32,000 nucleotides of DNA. It comes from Candidatus Omnitrophota bacterium (GTDB lineage Bacteria; Omnitrophota; Gorgyraeia; Zapsychrales; JANLHA01). Each line of letters starts with the position of its first letter. Position 1 is the first letter of the stretch. The stretch lies in the NCBI GenBank assembly GCA_963662715.1, contig OY759724.1, positions 1,050,001-1,082,000 of the forward strand, written 5' to 3'. The notes below the pieces were generated by a model. That model made no database searches and was not told the DNA's origin. It saw only the letters and a list, made by a program, of their open reading frames with translations. The position numbers and the translations under genes were made by a program. Shown one piece after another: positions 1 through 7,561 of the stretch.

Positions 1-224
1 ATGTCATGCAACATCTTCGGCAAGGACTCTTTATTAATATCCGACGGAGCCGTCCAGTGAATGACGCTGTCTCCGAGAAACACAATGTCCGGACTCCGGG
101 CTAACCGCTTCTCGAATGTCCTGATATTTTTTGGGACATCAGGAGGGTATACGGAGGATATAAAGAACTGCAGGCTTATGATAATAAACAAAAAAACAAA
201 AACTTTCTTAACAAATTTTTTCAT
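1..224 (-). CDS. SGNH/GDSL-type hydrolase-like protein, N-terminal fragment (gene runs off the window start)
   Basis: Not in the ORF track because it has no stop in the window. The reverse complement of 1-224 reads ATG (224-222) MKKFVKKVFVFLFIIISLQFFISSVYPPDVPKNIRTFEKRLARSPDIVFLGDSVIHWTAPSDINKESLPKMLHD with no stop. It has a hydrophobic N-terminal anchor or signal, then a GDSL block-I-like 'VFLGDSV'. A GGGGGA Shine-Dalgarno-like run (complement of 235-240) lies 10 nt upstream. It is on the same strand as, and directly downstream of, the 305-1903 gene. Confidence 0.45.
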   Translation of the reverse strand, partial: MKKFVKKVFVFLFIIISLQFFISSVYPPDVPKNIRTFEKRLARSPDIVFLGDSVIHWTAPSDINKESLPKMLHD

Positions 225-304
225 TCTGTCGATATCCCCCATAACTGGACGGTGTTCGGCAAAGCCTATTCGCCAGGAAGATTGCTCCTCGAAAACAGAT
301 CATG

Positions 305-1903
305 TTATTGAGACGCTCCTTTCCCTGAAGACGGGAAAGCGTAAAGAAAAAGCACCGGCTCTCCGTGCTTGAGCTGAAAAAGCCGCTCCCCCGTTTTATC
401 CAGGTAAGACGCCAGGAACTCGTTCACGGGAGGATGATAGTGCGACAGCAGGATCCATGTCCTGGGCAAAACAGGAAAAGTCTCTAAGTGATGTTTCTCC
501 GGGGTTATGTTGCCGGGAGCCAATGTTCCATCGGCATATATTCTGCTGTCGAATTGACAGGGAGAATGATACACAAACAAAAACGGCCTGCCGTTTTCTT
601 CCCTCAGATGATCAGAGGTCATGGCCATGACCTTTGCTGCGACAGGAAACCGCAGCTGATAATACTGGAAGGCATAAAGAGTGCCGCCGGAGAGGATCAA
701 ACCGTCATCGGCCTGCGAGTGTTCTGCCAGATATTTCATAAGCGGCCGGATATCCTCTTTGACATACGGATCCGGGAAATGGCCAACGGCGTTTTTAACG
801 GGATAAACCAGCATCAGGCCATAAATCACAATTCCCAAGGCCATCCCTGTCCTGCCTCTCTGCATGAGGAAAGAGACCCCTTCACAAATGAATAAAATCA
901 TTCCGGGACAGATAAATATTAAAGCTCTTCCCGAAAAAGGGTATAAACGGAGAACAGACAATATCAAAGGTATAAATAAAGGCATGACGAGAAGAAAAGC
1001 TTCCCGCGGCTTACGCTTTGATAAATGGACCAGGCCCAGGGAAAAAAGCCCTAGCCCCACGAGGGGAAAACGCAGCCCTACGGGATTCTCAAAAACAGAA
1101 AGCAACCGGTCTCCCAGCCAGCACAGCGAAGCTTTGCTGAATATGGGGCCGGGCAGAAAAGAACTGCTCCACATCGATGCCAACCCCTTGATATCGCCCC
1201 GCTTGCTGATCGCTAAAACATAAACAACCAGCACCATGCAGGCCCAACCCGTATAAACAGCCGCCTGTCGTCGCAAATCTGCAAAATCCCTCCTGACCAG
1301 CGCTGAATAAATAAAGACGCAGGCCGTGGATAATAGAACAAAAAGCGCCGGGTAAGACACCCACGCGGCCAGCATCCCGACCGCGGCAAACAGAAAAATA
1401 TCCCGGGATGTTTTTATCCCGGATAATAATCGAACGGCTAAAAAAAGGACGGACAAGGACATCAGGACGTCCGTGGAATATTGTTTTGCTTCCCCTGAAA
1501 AATATATGAAAGAATCGCAAAAAACAAATAACCCCAGGGCCAAAGGCACCGCGCGGGCTACGAGTATTTTCTTCGCCAGCTGATAAAAAATAAACAGGGA
1601 TAAAATGCCGGCGGAAATTGAGAGAAACCTGAAAGAGTATTCGTGATTTCCCAAAAGCATAACGGAAATCTTGCTTAAAACGGAAAAGCCCAGGGGGGAC
1701 GGAACCGTTAATTTTTGTCCGAGGACAATCTCGGAAAAAGACCTCTGCAGGATGTCCATGGCCCGCCAGCACTCATCCATCCATAAAGCTCTGTTGCTCA
1801 AATAATGATTAAGCCGCAGAACAATCCCTATGCCAATAAGCCCCAGGTTAAAACACTCATAACGGCCCGGCGGTTCCCGGAAAATTTTTTTCAGAAAAGT
1901 CAT
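305..1903 (-). CDS. Polytopic GT-C fold glycosyltransferase (ArnT / PMT, GT39/GT83-like)
   Basis: 532-aa ORF with about 10 or more hydrophobic helices. The first loop carries an acidic motif (NRALWMDECW) of the type seen in ArnT/PMT-family enzymes. A soluble C-terminal ~150 aa follows. An AAAGGGGGGG RBS-like run lies upstream of the ATG. Confidence 0.6.
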   Translation of the reverse strand: MTFLKKIFREPPGRYECFNLGLIGIGIVLRLNHYLSNRALWMDECWRAMDILQRSFSEIVLGQKLTVPSPLGFSVLSKISVMLLGNHEYSFRFLSISAGILSLFIFYQLAKKILVARAVPLALGLFVFCDSFIYFSGEAKQYSTDVLMSLSVLFLAVRLLSGIKTSRDIFLFAAVGMLAAWVSYPALFVLLSTACVFIYSALVRRDFADLRRQAAVYTGWACMVLVVYVLAISKRGDIKGLASMWSSSFLPGPIFSKASLCWLGDRLLSVFENPVGLRFPLVGLGLFSLGLVHLSKRKPREAFLLVMPLFIPLILSVLRLYPFSGRALIFICPGMILFICEGVSFLMQRGRTGMALGIVIYGLMLVYPVKNAVGHFPDPYVKEDIRPLMKYLAEHSQADDGLILSGGTLYAFQYYQLRFPVAAKVMAMTSDHLREENGRPFLFVYHSPCQFDSRIYADGTLAPGNITPEKHHLETFPVLPRTWILLSHYHPPVNEFLASYLDKTGERLFQLKHGEPVLFLYAFPSSGKGASQ

Positions 1904-2154
1904 ACCCCCCCTTTTTCAATTATGGGACTAAAATCCTTGAACATCTTTTAAAAGGAATTCCCTTTCTCCGGACCGCACAAAAAAACAAGACCTTATTTGA
2001 GGTAATTATTGTTAATTCTAACAGCGCGGAAAATGTTCGTCTAGCAATTCCTGGCCCTTGGCTGAAAAGGGCATATCAGAAGGGGACAAGATTGTCCGGG
2101 GCACGGCCTAGAGAGGCGCCGAGATCATTCTTTGCAGGGTTTTCTATAAACAGG

Positions 2155-4590
2155 CTATACAGACTTCATCACGTGGGTTAATTCTTCAATCGTAAACGGT
2201 TTAACGATTATGCCGTCAAATCCGAACTCTTCATAATTCGACAGCACAGGATCCTGGGAATATCCGCTGGCAGCAATAATTTTGACATCCGGACAGACAG
2301 CCCGGAGCCTTTGCACGGTCTCCTTGCCCCCTAAGCCTCCTTTGATTGTTAAATCAAGAATGACTAAATCAAACTGGCGGGAGGAGAGCTTTTCTTTCTG
2401 AAATATCTGAATAGCATCTTCGCCATGAGAAACAGAATGGACCTCATAGCCGTAATTCCTCAGCAGATTGGTCATTGATTCCCGGAGAGAAGGCTCATCG
2501 TCCATTAAAAGGACTTTCTCATGCCCGGACAAAGAGGAAGACCGCCTGACAGGCTCTTTCAGCTCCATCTCTCCGCAAGCCGGTAGATATATTGTAAAAA
2601 CCGCCCCTCCCCCCGGAGGGGAATCCACGGTAACAAGCCCCTCGTGACGCTTAACAACAGAAAAGACCGTCGCCAATCCCAGTCCGCTTCCATTGGGTTT
2701 GGTCGTAAAATAAGGGTCAAAGATTTTTTCCATAATTTCCGGCTCTATGCCCTCACCCGTATCAGAAACTTTAATCCTGACATAAAGCCCCAGGGGCAAT
2801 GTCTTCATTCTTTCTTTCAACGCCAGGTTTTCTGCAGAAATTGTTATGGTCCCTCCGTTCGGCATGGCTTGCTGGGCATTGAGAACGATATTCTGGATAA
2901 CCTGGTTAATCTGCCCCTTATCCACTTCAACGACCCAGAGACCGTCCGGGATAGAAAATTCACATAGGACACTTGAACCGTGCAGCACAAAATTTGAAGA
3001 ATCGATGATAATGTCTTTCAGAGAAGAAAGCTTCTTTATCGGGGCGCCTCCCTTGGAGAAAGTCATCAATTGCTGAGTCAGGTTCTTGGCTCTCAGGGCT
3101 TCGCTCTCAATATCATTCAGAACCTGACAAATGTATTCGTCCAAATCCTCTTTCATTTTTGCCACAGCCACCTGAGTGACAATAACAGCAAGAATATTGT
3201 TAAAATCATGGGCGATCCCGCCGGCTAACAGCCCTAAGGATTCCAACTTCTGTTTCTTGATAAGCTCTTCCTCCATCTTTCTCCGCTCGCTGATATCGCG
3301 GAAAACCAAAACCGCACCGATGATCCTGCTTTCAATGTCCCGGATAGGGGCGACACTGTCATTGATCAGCCTTTGTGTTCCGTCCCGCGCCAACAACAGG
3401 CCTTCCGTTAACTCAATGCTGTCCCCCTTCTCAACAACGCTGTCCAAAAGGCCCTCGATAGGCTGCTTGTTCTTAGGATCTATAAGATGAAAAATCTCTC
3501 CAAAATCCTTGCCGGCCACCTCCTCCTGGCAAAATCCCAGCAGCTGTTCGGCGATTTTGTTGATAAACAAAATTCTCTTTTCCCGGTTGACCGTAATAAC
3601 GCCGTCTCCGATGGAACGCAAAGTTACAGCCAGGCGTTCTTTTTCTTCCGCGATCATGGCCTCGTTTCTTTTCTGTTCGGAAATATCAATAAAGCTTTCA
3701 ATATATACGACTCTGCCGTCCAAAGTCATCGGGACAACGCTTTTGAGGATAGGGATGATGGCCCCGTCCCCTTTTCGCAGTTCACGTTCGGAAAAATCCA
3801 TCAACTGGTTGTTGTCCGCAATCGGACAGCTGGCCTGATCGTTCAAACAAAACAAACCCATGCAGGATTTTCCAAGCAAACCCTTGTCACTGCTTCCCAT
3901 CAAGTCCTGGGCCGCGGAGTTGACGTTGATAATTTTCTTCTCTTGTCCGTCAATCATCATGATGCCGGTTGGGATAGAATCCAGGATCCGTTTAAGATTT
4001 TTTTCACTTTGCTTGATGCTCTCCACGTTCAAAAAACGATGGATCACCATCCCGGCAAAATTTAAATATATTTCAATGACATCCTTGGGTTTGACCTTTT
4101 GCCCTTTGGGAAGAGCGATAAGGCCCAGGGCCATCATCTGATTATCGCTATGACAGGAAAAACGGGAAAAAGAAAGGCCGTCTAAAGGATGATTGTCTTT
4201 CAAAATATGCTCAAAGAATTGTGAACACAAACAGGCGGTAGGATCAGGACAGTCAAATATTTCATTCTTTTTCAATACAGATACGATTTCAGGCGGGAGC
4301 GGAAATTGAGAAACAGGGGCTTCCCGCACCCAGTCTTCCGCCCCTTTTTTAAAACTGATGGTTTCCAGAAAAAACGTTTGTGTTGCGGGTTGAAACCGCC
4401 CCAGGATAACGAATTCCGCCCGGCATATTCTTCTTAAATTTTGGGCCAGGATCTCATAGGCGGATATATCCTTATTTTTCTCCAGTTCAATAATCGTATC
4501 GTAGAGAACCCGGAAAGCCCGGTTTCTTTCCTCAAAGACTTCTAAAGCATGCCGGGAAACCTGTTCTGATTGCTTCTTATTGTCGGCCAC
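2155..4590 (-). CDS. Soluble hybrid sensor histidine kinase (GAF-like N-terminus, 2 PAS, HisKA, HATPase_c, C-terminal receiver)
   Basis: 811 aa with a GTG start (4590-4588) and AAGGA upstream. H-box GGIAHDFNNILAVI. ATPase G-boxes DTGEGI and GSGLGLATV. Receiver domain KVLLMDDEPS...DLVILDLTIKGGLGG...IIVKPF. Two PAS-like blocks (IPTGIMMID..., IGDGVITVN...). No TM segment. Confidence 0.9.
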   Translation of the reverse strand: MADNKKQSEQVSRHALEVFEERNRAFRVLYDTIIELEKNKDISAYEILAQNLRRICRAEFVILGRFQPATQTFFLETISFKKGAEDWVREAPVSQFPLPPEIVSVLKKNEIFDCPDPTACLCSQFFEHILKDNHPLDGLSFSRFSCHSDNQMMALGLIALPKGQKVKPKDVIEIYLNFAGMVIHRFLNVESIKQSEKNLKRILDSIPTGIMMIDGQEKKIINVNSAAQDLMGSSDKGLLGKSCMGLFCLNDQASCPIADNNQLMDFSERELRKGDGAIIPILKSVVPMTLDGRVVYIESFIDISEQKRNEAMIAEEKERLAVTLRSIGDGVITVNREKRILFINKIAEQLLGFCQEEVAGKDFGEIFHLIDPKNKQPIEGLLDSVVEKGDSIELTEGLLLARDGTQRLINDSVAPIRDIESRIIGAVLVFRDISERRKMEEELIKKQKLESLGLLAGGIAHDFNNILAVIVTQVAVAKMKEDLDEYICQVLNDIESEALRAKNLTQQLMTFSKGGAPIKKLSSLKDIIIDSSNFVLHGSSVLCEFSIPDGLWVVEVDKGQINQVIQNIVLNAQQAMPNGGTITISAENLALKERMKTLPLGLYVRIKVSDTGEGIEPEIMEKIFDPYFTTKPNGSGLGLATVFSVVKRHEGLVTVDSPPGGGAVFTIYLPACGEMELKEPVRRSSSLSGHEKVLLMDDEPSLRESMTNLLRNYGYEVHSVSHGEDAIQIFQKEKLSSRQFDLVILDLTIKGGLGGKETVQRLRAVCPDVKIIAASGYSQDPVLSNYEEFGFDGIIVKPFTIEELTHVMKSV

Positions 4591-4599
4591 AACAAATAA

Positions 4600-5130
4600 C
4601 TATCCTTTCTTTTGAGGAGGTTGTAAATATTGCAGCCCCCAAACAGCCAGTAAAATTAACACCCCCGTAATGAAAGCCGCCGGAATCCCCAGCAATTCAG
4701 GCAAAAGAACTTTCTGAATATCATAGCCTTTCTCTATCAGAGGATTCAGGCCGTAAACAACCAGCGCCATTCCGGGGATGAAAGAAAAGAATACGATCAG
4801 AAAGGTCAAATTCCCCTCCCCCAACTGGCGCAACGTCCCAAGAATACATCCTCCGTTGAGGGCGATCCCGGCCCCGAACAAAATCCCGGAAACAATGTTA
4901 AAAAAACCATAGCCGCGAATTTGTCCAACGGGTTTTAGCCCCAAAGAAGAATTCACTAATCCGGACAAAAGAAATCCCGCGGACGTTATGACAAAAACAA
5001 TAAGGAATAACCGGGCGATCTGCTTCCCTTTCCCCATAAAAATCTCGCCGAACCCCTGGGCAAAACATAAACCGGCTCTTTGCACAAAATAGCCAAAACC
5101 TATACCGAATAAAAATCCGATCAGAAGCAT
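4600..5130 (-). CDS. YeeE/YedE-family sulfur (thiosulfate) transporter, second half-size subunit
   Basis: 176 aa, about 4-5 TM. Conserved Cys loops typical of the family (RAGLCFAQGF; NGGCILGTL). AGGAGG RBS. Spaced 3 nt from the upstream half-gene. Confidence 0.75.
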   Translation of the reverse strand: MLLIGFLFGIGFGYFVQRAGLCFAQGFGEIFMGKGKQIARLFLIVFVITSAGFLLSGLVNSSLGLKPVGQIRGYGFFNIVSGILFGAGIALNGGCILGTLRQLGEGNLTFLIVFFSFIPGMALVVYGLNPLIEKGYDIQKVLLPELLGIPAAFITGVLILLAVWGLQYLQPPQKKG

Positions 5131-5133
5131 GGA

Positions 5134-5550
5134 TCACCTCCTGAAGGTAAAATGATAAACAATGAAAGTTCCGATAAAAATACCTGCCGCCGACAAAAAA
5201 GACGATACGGAAAGCATCGGCATCCCGGTCACGAATGCCGTCGTGCAAGTTCCGGGCGCGACCGTAACGCCCATTCCGATAAGAACACCTCCGATGACCG
5301 CTTTGGCGATATTCTGCGGCATGCGCAAACGGAATTCCCCGCTGCTGACGGCACCCAGGAAAGCCCCGACAATAACCCCTAAATTGACAATAAACGCGAA
5401 TAAGAATTTATTATTAGGGCCCATCTGTCCGATCATCGGCAAGAAACTGCTCCCGCCAATCCAGAACTTTTTTATCGTTAAATACATAACGACATTTAAA
5501 GCAGCAAAACAGGCGACCATGACGGATCGCTTATCCCCCAGCATTTTCAT
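5134..5550 (-). CDS. YeeE/YedE-family sulfur transporter, first half-size subunit
   Basis: 138 aa, about 4 TM. Cys loop VAPGTCTTAF. AAGGAGG RBS. Tightly packed between the TusA-like gene and the second half-gene. Confidence 0.75.
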   Translation of the reverse strand: MKMLGDKRSVMVACFAALNVVMYLTIKKFWIGGSSFLPMIGQMGPNNKFLFAFIVNLGVIVGAFLGAVSSGEFRLRMPQNIAKAVIGGVLIGMGVTVAPGTCTTAFVTGMPMLSVSSFLSAAGIFIGTFIVYHFTFRR

Positions 5551-5562
5551 AAACAGCCCTCC

Positions 5563-5793
5563 TTAATTATGAGATCGTTGTACCGATATGATCCAACCAT
5601 TATCAGCATCTTGAACGGCATAGGTCACGTTCGGATAGGAGTCCAGCTCTTCCGGGACGGATTTCAAGACCAAAGGATCATCGACAAGGAAAGTCAGTGA
5701 ATCACCGTCTTTCATCTGTTCGACCTGTTCAATAATAAGGAATATAGGGAAAGGACATATTTTCCCGCAAAGATTTATAGGGTCTTTTGACAT
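5563..5793 (-). CDS. TusA/YeeD-like sulfur-carrier (sulfurtransferase) protein
   Basis: 76 aa with an N-terminal 'CGKICPFP' (the CPxP active-site Cys motif of TusA/SirA-like proteins). First gene of the TusA-YeeE-YeeE string. Confidence 0.75.
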   Translation of the reverse strand: MSKDPINLCGKICPFPIFLIIEQVEQMKDGDSLTFLVDDPLVLKSVPEELDSYPNVTYAVQDADNGWIISVQRSHN

Positions 5794-6229
5794 AATGAAT
5801 TAAAGGATAATAGTCTGCACTGGGACCGTTAATTACGTAACGGGCTTCTTATCCAAAACCCGTCTTTATTAAGGGAATAACAAAGTATTATCTTATTAGA
5901 AGCATTTTAATATTCAACTAATTACTGCGCAAGCGATTACCAATATTTTTCCAACCCGTATGTTTCAACGCCTTTTCCTGCCGGGTAGCAAAAACACAAA
6001 AAGATTATCAAGAGTATATTATATTAATAATTAATATATTAATATTTTTAAATTAGAATTTTGTTATTAATATTTAATACTTCTTCTATCAACCAATACG
6101 CTTTCATTCTTTCCCCTGTCTCGCAAAAATATCGAATGGGCGTCCAGAACACCTGTCTCAAGGCCATTCCGACGAGAACGGCAGGGAATTATCACATTTT
6201 AGGCCTTCCAATAATATCGACAATTTTCT

Positions 6230-6258
6230 TTGCAAAAAATTTTTGAATATTTTATACT
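6230..6258 (+). promoter_or_regulatory. Candidate sigma70-type promoter for the pilin cluster (TTGCAA-N17-TATACT)
   Basis: TTGCAA at 6230-6235, a 17-nt spacer, and TATACT at 6253-6258, about 60 nt upstream of the 6319 ATG (GGAG RBS at 6307-6310). This is a pattern match in very AT-rich DNA, so false positives are likely. Confidence 0.25.
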
Positions 6259-6318
6259 TTAAGTGACTGGGGCCATAGATGAGTACGGGTTTGGAGCATC
6301 CTAACTGGAGCAGAAAAG

Positions 6319-6771
6319 ATGCGTATTAAATTAAAAACTCACAGAGGCCTCACCCTTCCGGAGCTTCTTATCGCCACGATAATACTTCTGCCATTATTTG
6401 TCGGCACAATTCTGTCCTTTATCAAGAGCATGGAAATATGCGAAATGTCCAGGCATTCCTCTATGGCGATCCTTGCATGCAAAAATAAAATCGCCGAAAT
6501 CGAGGACACAGATTTCAGCCTTGTTTACGGGACATTCAACAACACAACCTTCACAATTACGGACCTTAACGGCATCGGCGTGGTTTATGTTGATAACACC
6601 GACCCGAATCTTCTGGAAATCACGCTCTCTTTCTGCTGGCAGGAAAGAAACGGCCGGATTATCGGGGAGGACCTTGACCTTGACGGGCAAATTGACGGAG
6701 GCGAAGACAGCAATAGCAACGGGATGCTGGATTCTACGGTTCAATTGACAACAGCACGTTTTAACACATAG
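6319..6771 (+). CDS. Prepilin-type N-terminal domain protein (type IV pilin / pseudopilin-like)
   Basis: The N-terminus MRIKLKTHRG|LTLPELLIATIILLPLF fits the class III signal: Gly, a hydrophobic residue at +1, Glu at +5, then a hydrophobic helix. GGAG RBS. The C-terminal part has an acidic DLDLDGQIDGGEDSNSNGMLD loop. Confidence 0.7.
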   Translation: MRIKLKTHRGLTLPELLIATIILLPLFVGTILSFIKSMEICEMSRHSSMAILACKNKIAEIEDTDFSLVYGTFNNTTFTITDLNGIGVVYVDNTDPNLLEITLSFCWQERNGRIIGEDLDLDGQIDGGEDSNSNGMLDSTVQLTTARFNT

Positions 6772-7560
6772 ATGAGGAACGGCATGAGAAATCAAAACGG
6801 ATTTTCACTAGTGGAGATGTTGGTCGCGATAGCAATTTTCACAACTGTTTCTGTCGCCGGCTTCCTCTTGTTTGTTGCGGGGAACAACGCCTGGTCTGTC
6901 ACAGACGCTAAAGTTCAAATGCAACAGAATCTGCGCCGGGCCCTCCAGCGCATCGGGACGGAACTTCAACAGTCCGGAGAAGACAGCAGCAGCGTATTAC
7001 AGGTCAGCATCCTTGACGGCACCGGAGTCAACGGCTCGGACATATTACGTTTTTCCATTCCGATATGCGTCTGCGGGGCGCAGGCGCTGGACCTAGACGG
7101 AAACATTCGTTTCTGGGGAGCGCCGCTCTCCTGGGGGAAGACAGGCTGCGGAGACAATTTCGTTTTAAACGGGAACAACAAAGTGGATATCTGTCACATT
7201 CCTCCCGGGAATCCCAGCAATGAGCAATCCATCGAAGTGTCCGTGAACGCCGTTAAGGCCCATTTGGCTCACGGAGATTATCTGGGAGCATGCGGCAGCT
7301 GCGACACATCGACATACACGAACAAAACGATCGAGTACCTTTTAAACAGCGACGGGCATCTTTTAAGGCAGGTATTAGACAGCACGAACAGCGTTCTGAC
7401 TTCGGATGTTTTTGCGCAGAATTTCTCCGATTTTCAGGTCAGCATAAACGCCGGCCAGAGCATTGTAACGTTAGATCTCGAACTTCAAAGAAAAGCTCCG
7501 CCTTTCGGACCGTTATCTTTGGACGGGAGTCTGGACGTAGTATTGAGGAATAAAAATTAA
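6772..7560 (+). CDS. Prepilin-type N-terminal cleavage/methylation domain protein (minor pilin-like, Cys-rich)
   Basis: Canonical QNG|FSLVEMLVAIAIFTTVSVAGF. The ATG directly abuts the stop of the previous gene. There are 9 Cys residues in the globular part. Confidence 0.8.
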   Translation: MRNGMRNQNGFSLVEMLVAIAIFTTVSVAGFLLFVAGNNAWSVTDAKVQMQQNLRRALQRIGTELQQSGEDSSSVLQVSILDGTGVNGSDILRFSIPICVCGAQALDLDGNIRFWGAPLSWGKTGCGDNFVLNGNNKVDICHIPPGNPSNEQSIEVSVNAVKAHLAHGDYLGACGSCDTSTYTNKTIEYLLNSDGHLLRQVLDSTNSVLTSDVFAQNFSDFQVSINAGQSIVTLDLELQRKAPPFGPLSLDGSLDVVLRNKN

Positions 7561-7561
7561 T

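Noticed and set aside
61-372. 103-aa plus-strand ORF at the left edge
   Set aside because: It overlaps the minus-strand SGNH-like fragment (which has a GDS motif, a signal anchor and an RBS) and the 3' end of the GT-C gene. Its own translation has no recognisable features.
1089-1772. 227-aa minus-strand ORF and the plus-strand ORFs 488-895 and 864-1223
   Set aside because: All are fully nested in the 305-1903 membrane-protein gene, in other frames. Their translations are Arg/Gly/Pro-rich with no membrane or enzyme features. The 532-aa frame has coherent TM-helix periodicity and an RBS.
2064-2082. Hairpin GCCCTT-N7-AAGGGC downstream of the kinase gene as a Rho-independent terminator
   Set aside because: The stem is only 6 bp and has no following U-run on either strand. 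That is insufficient to call a terminator.
3487-4065. 192-aa plus-strand ORF, along with 2644-2967, 3176-3490, 3509-3838 and 3860-4141
   Set aside because: All are antisense to the well-supported hybrid histidine kinase. They are shadow ORFs.
6061-6246. 61-aa TTG-start ORF in the AT-rich intergenic region
   Set aside because: It has a non-ATG start, no RBS and a compositionally odd peptide. It sits where promoters for the divergent operons are expected.
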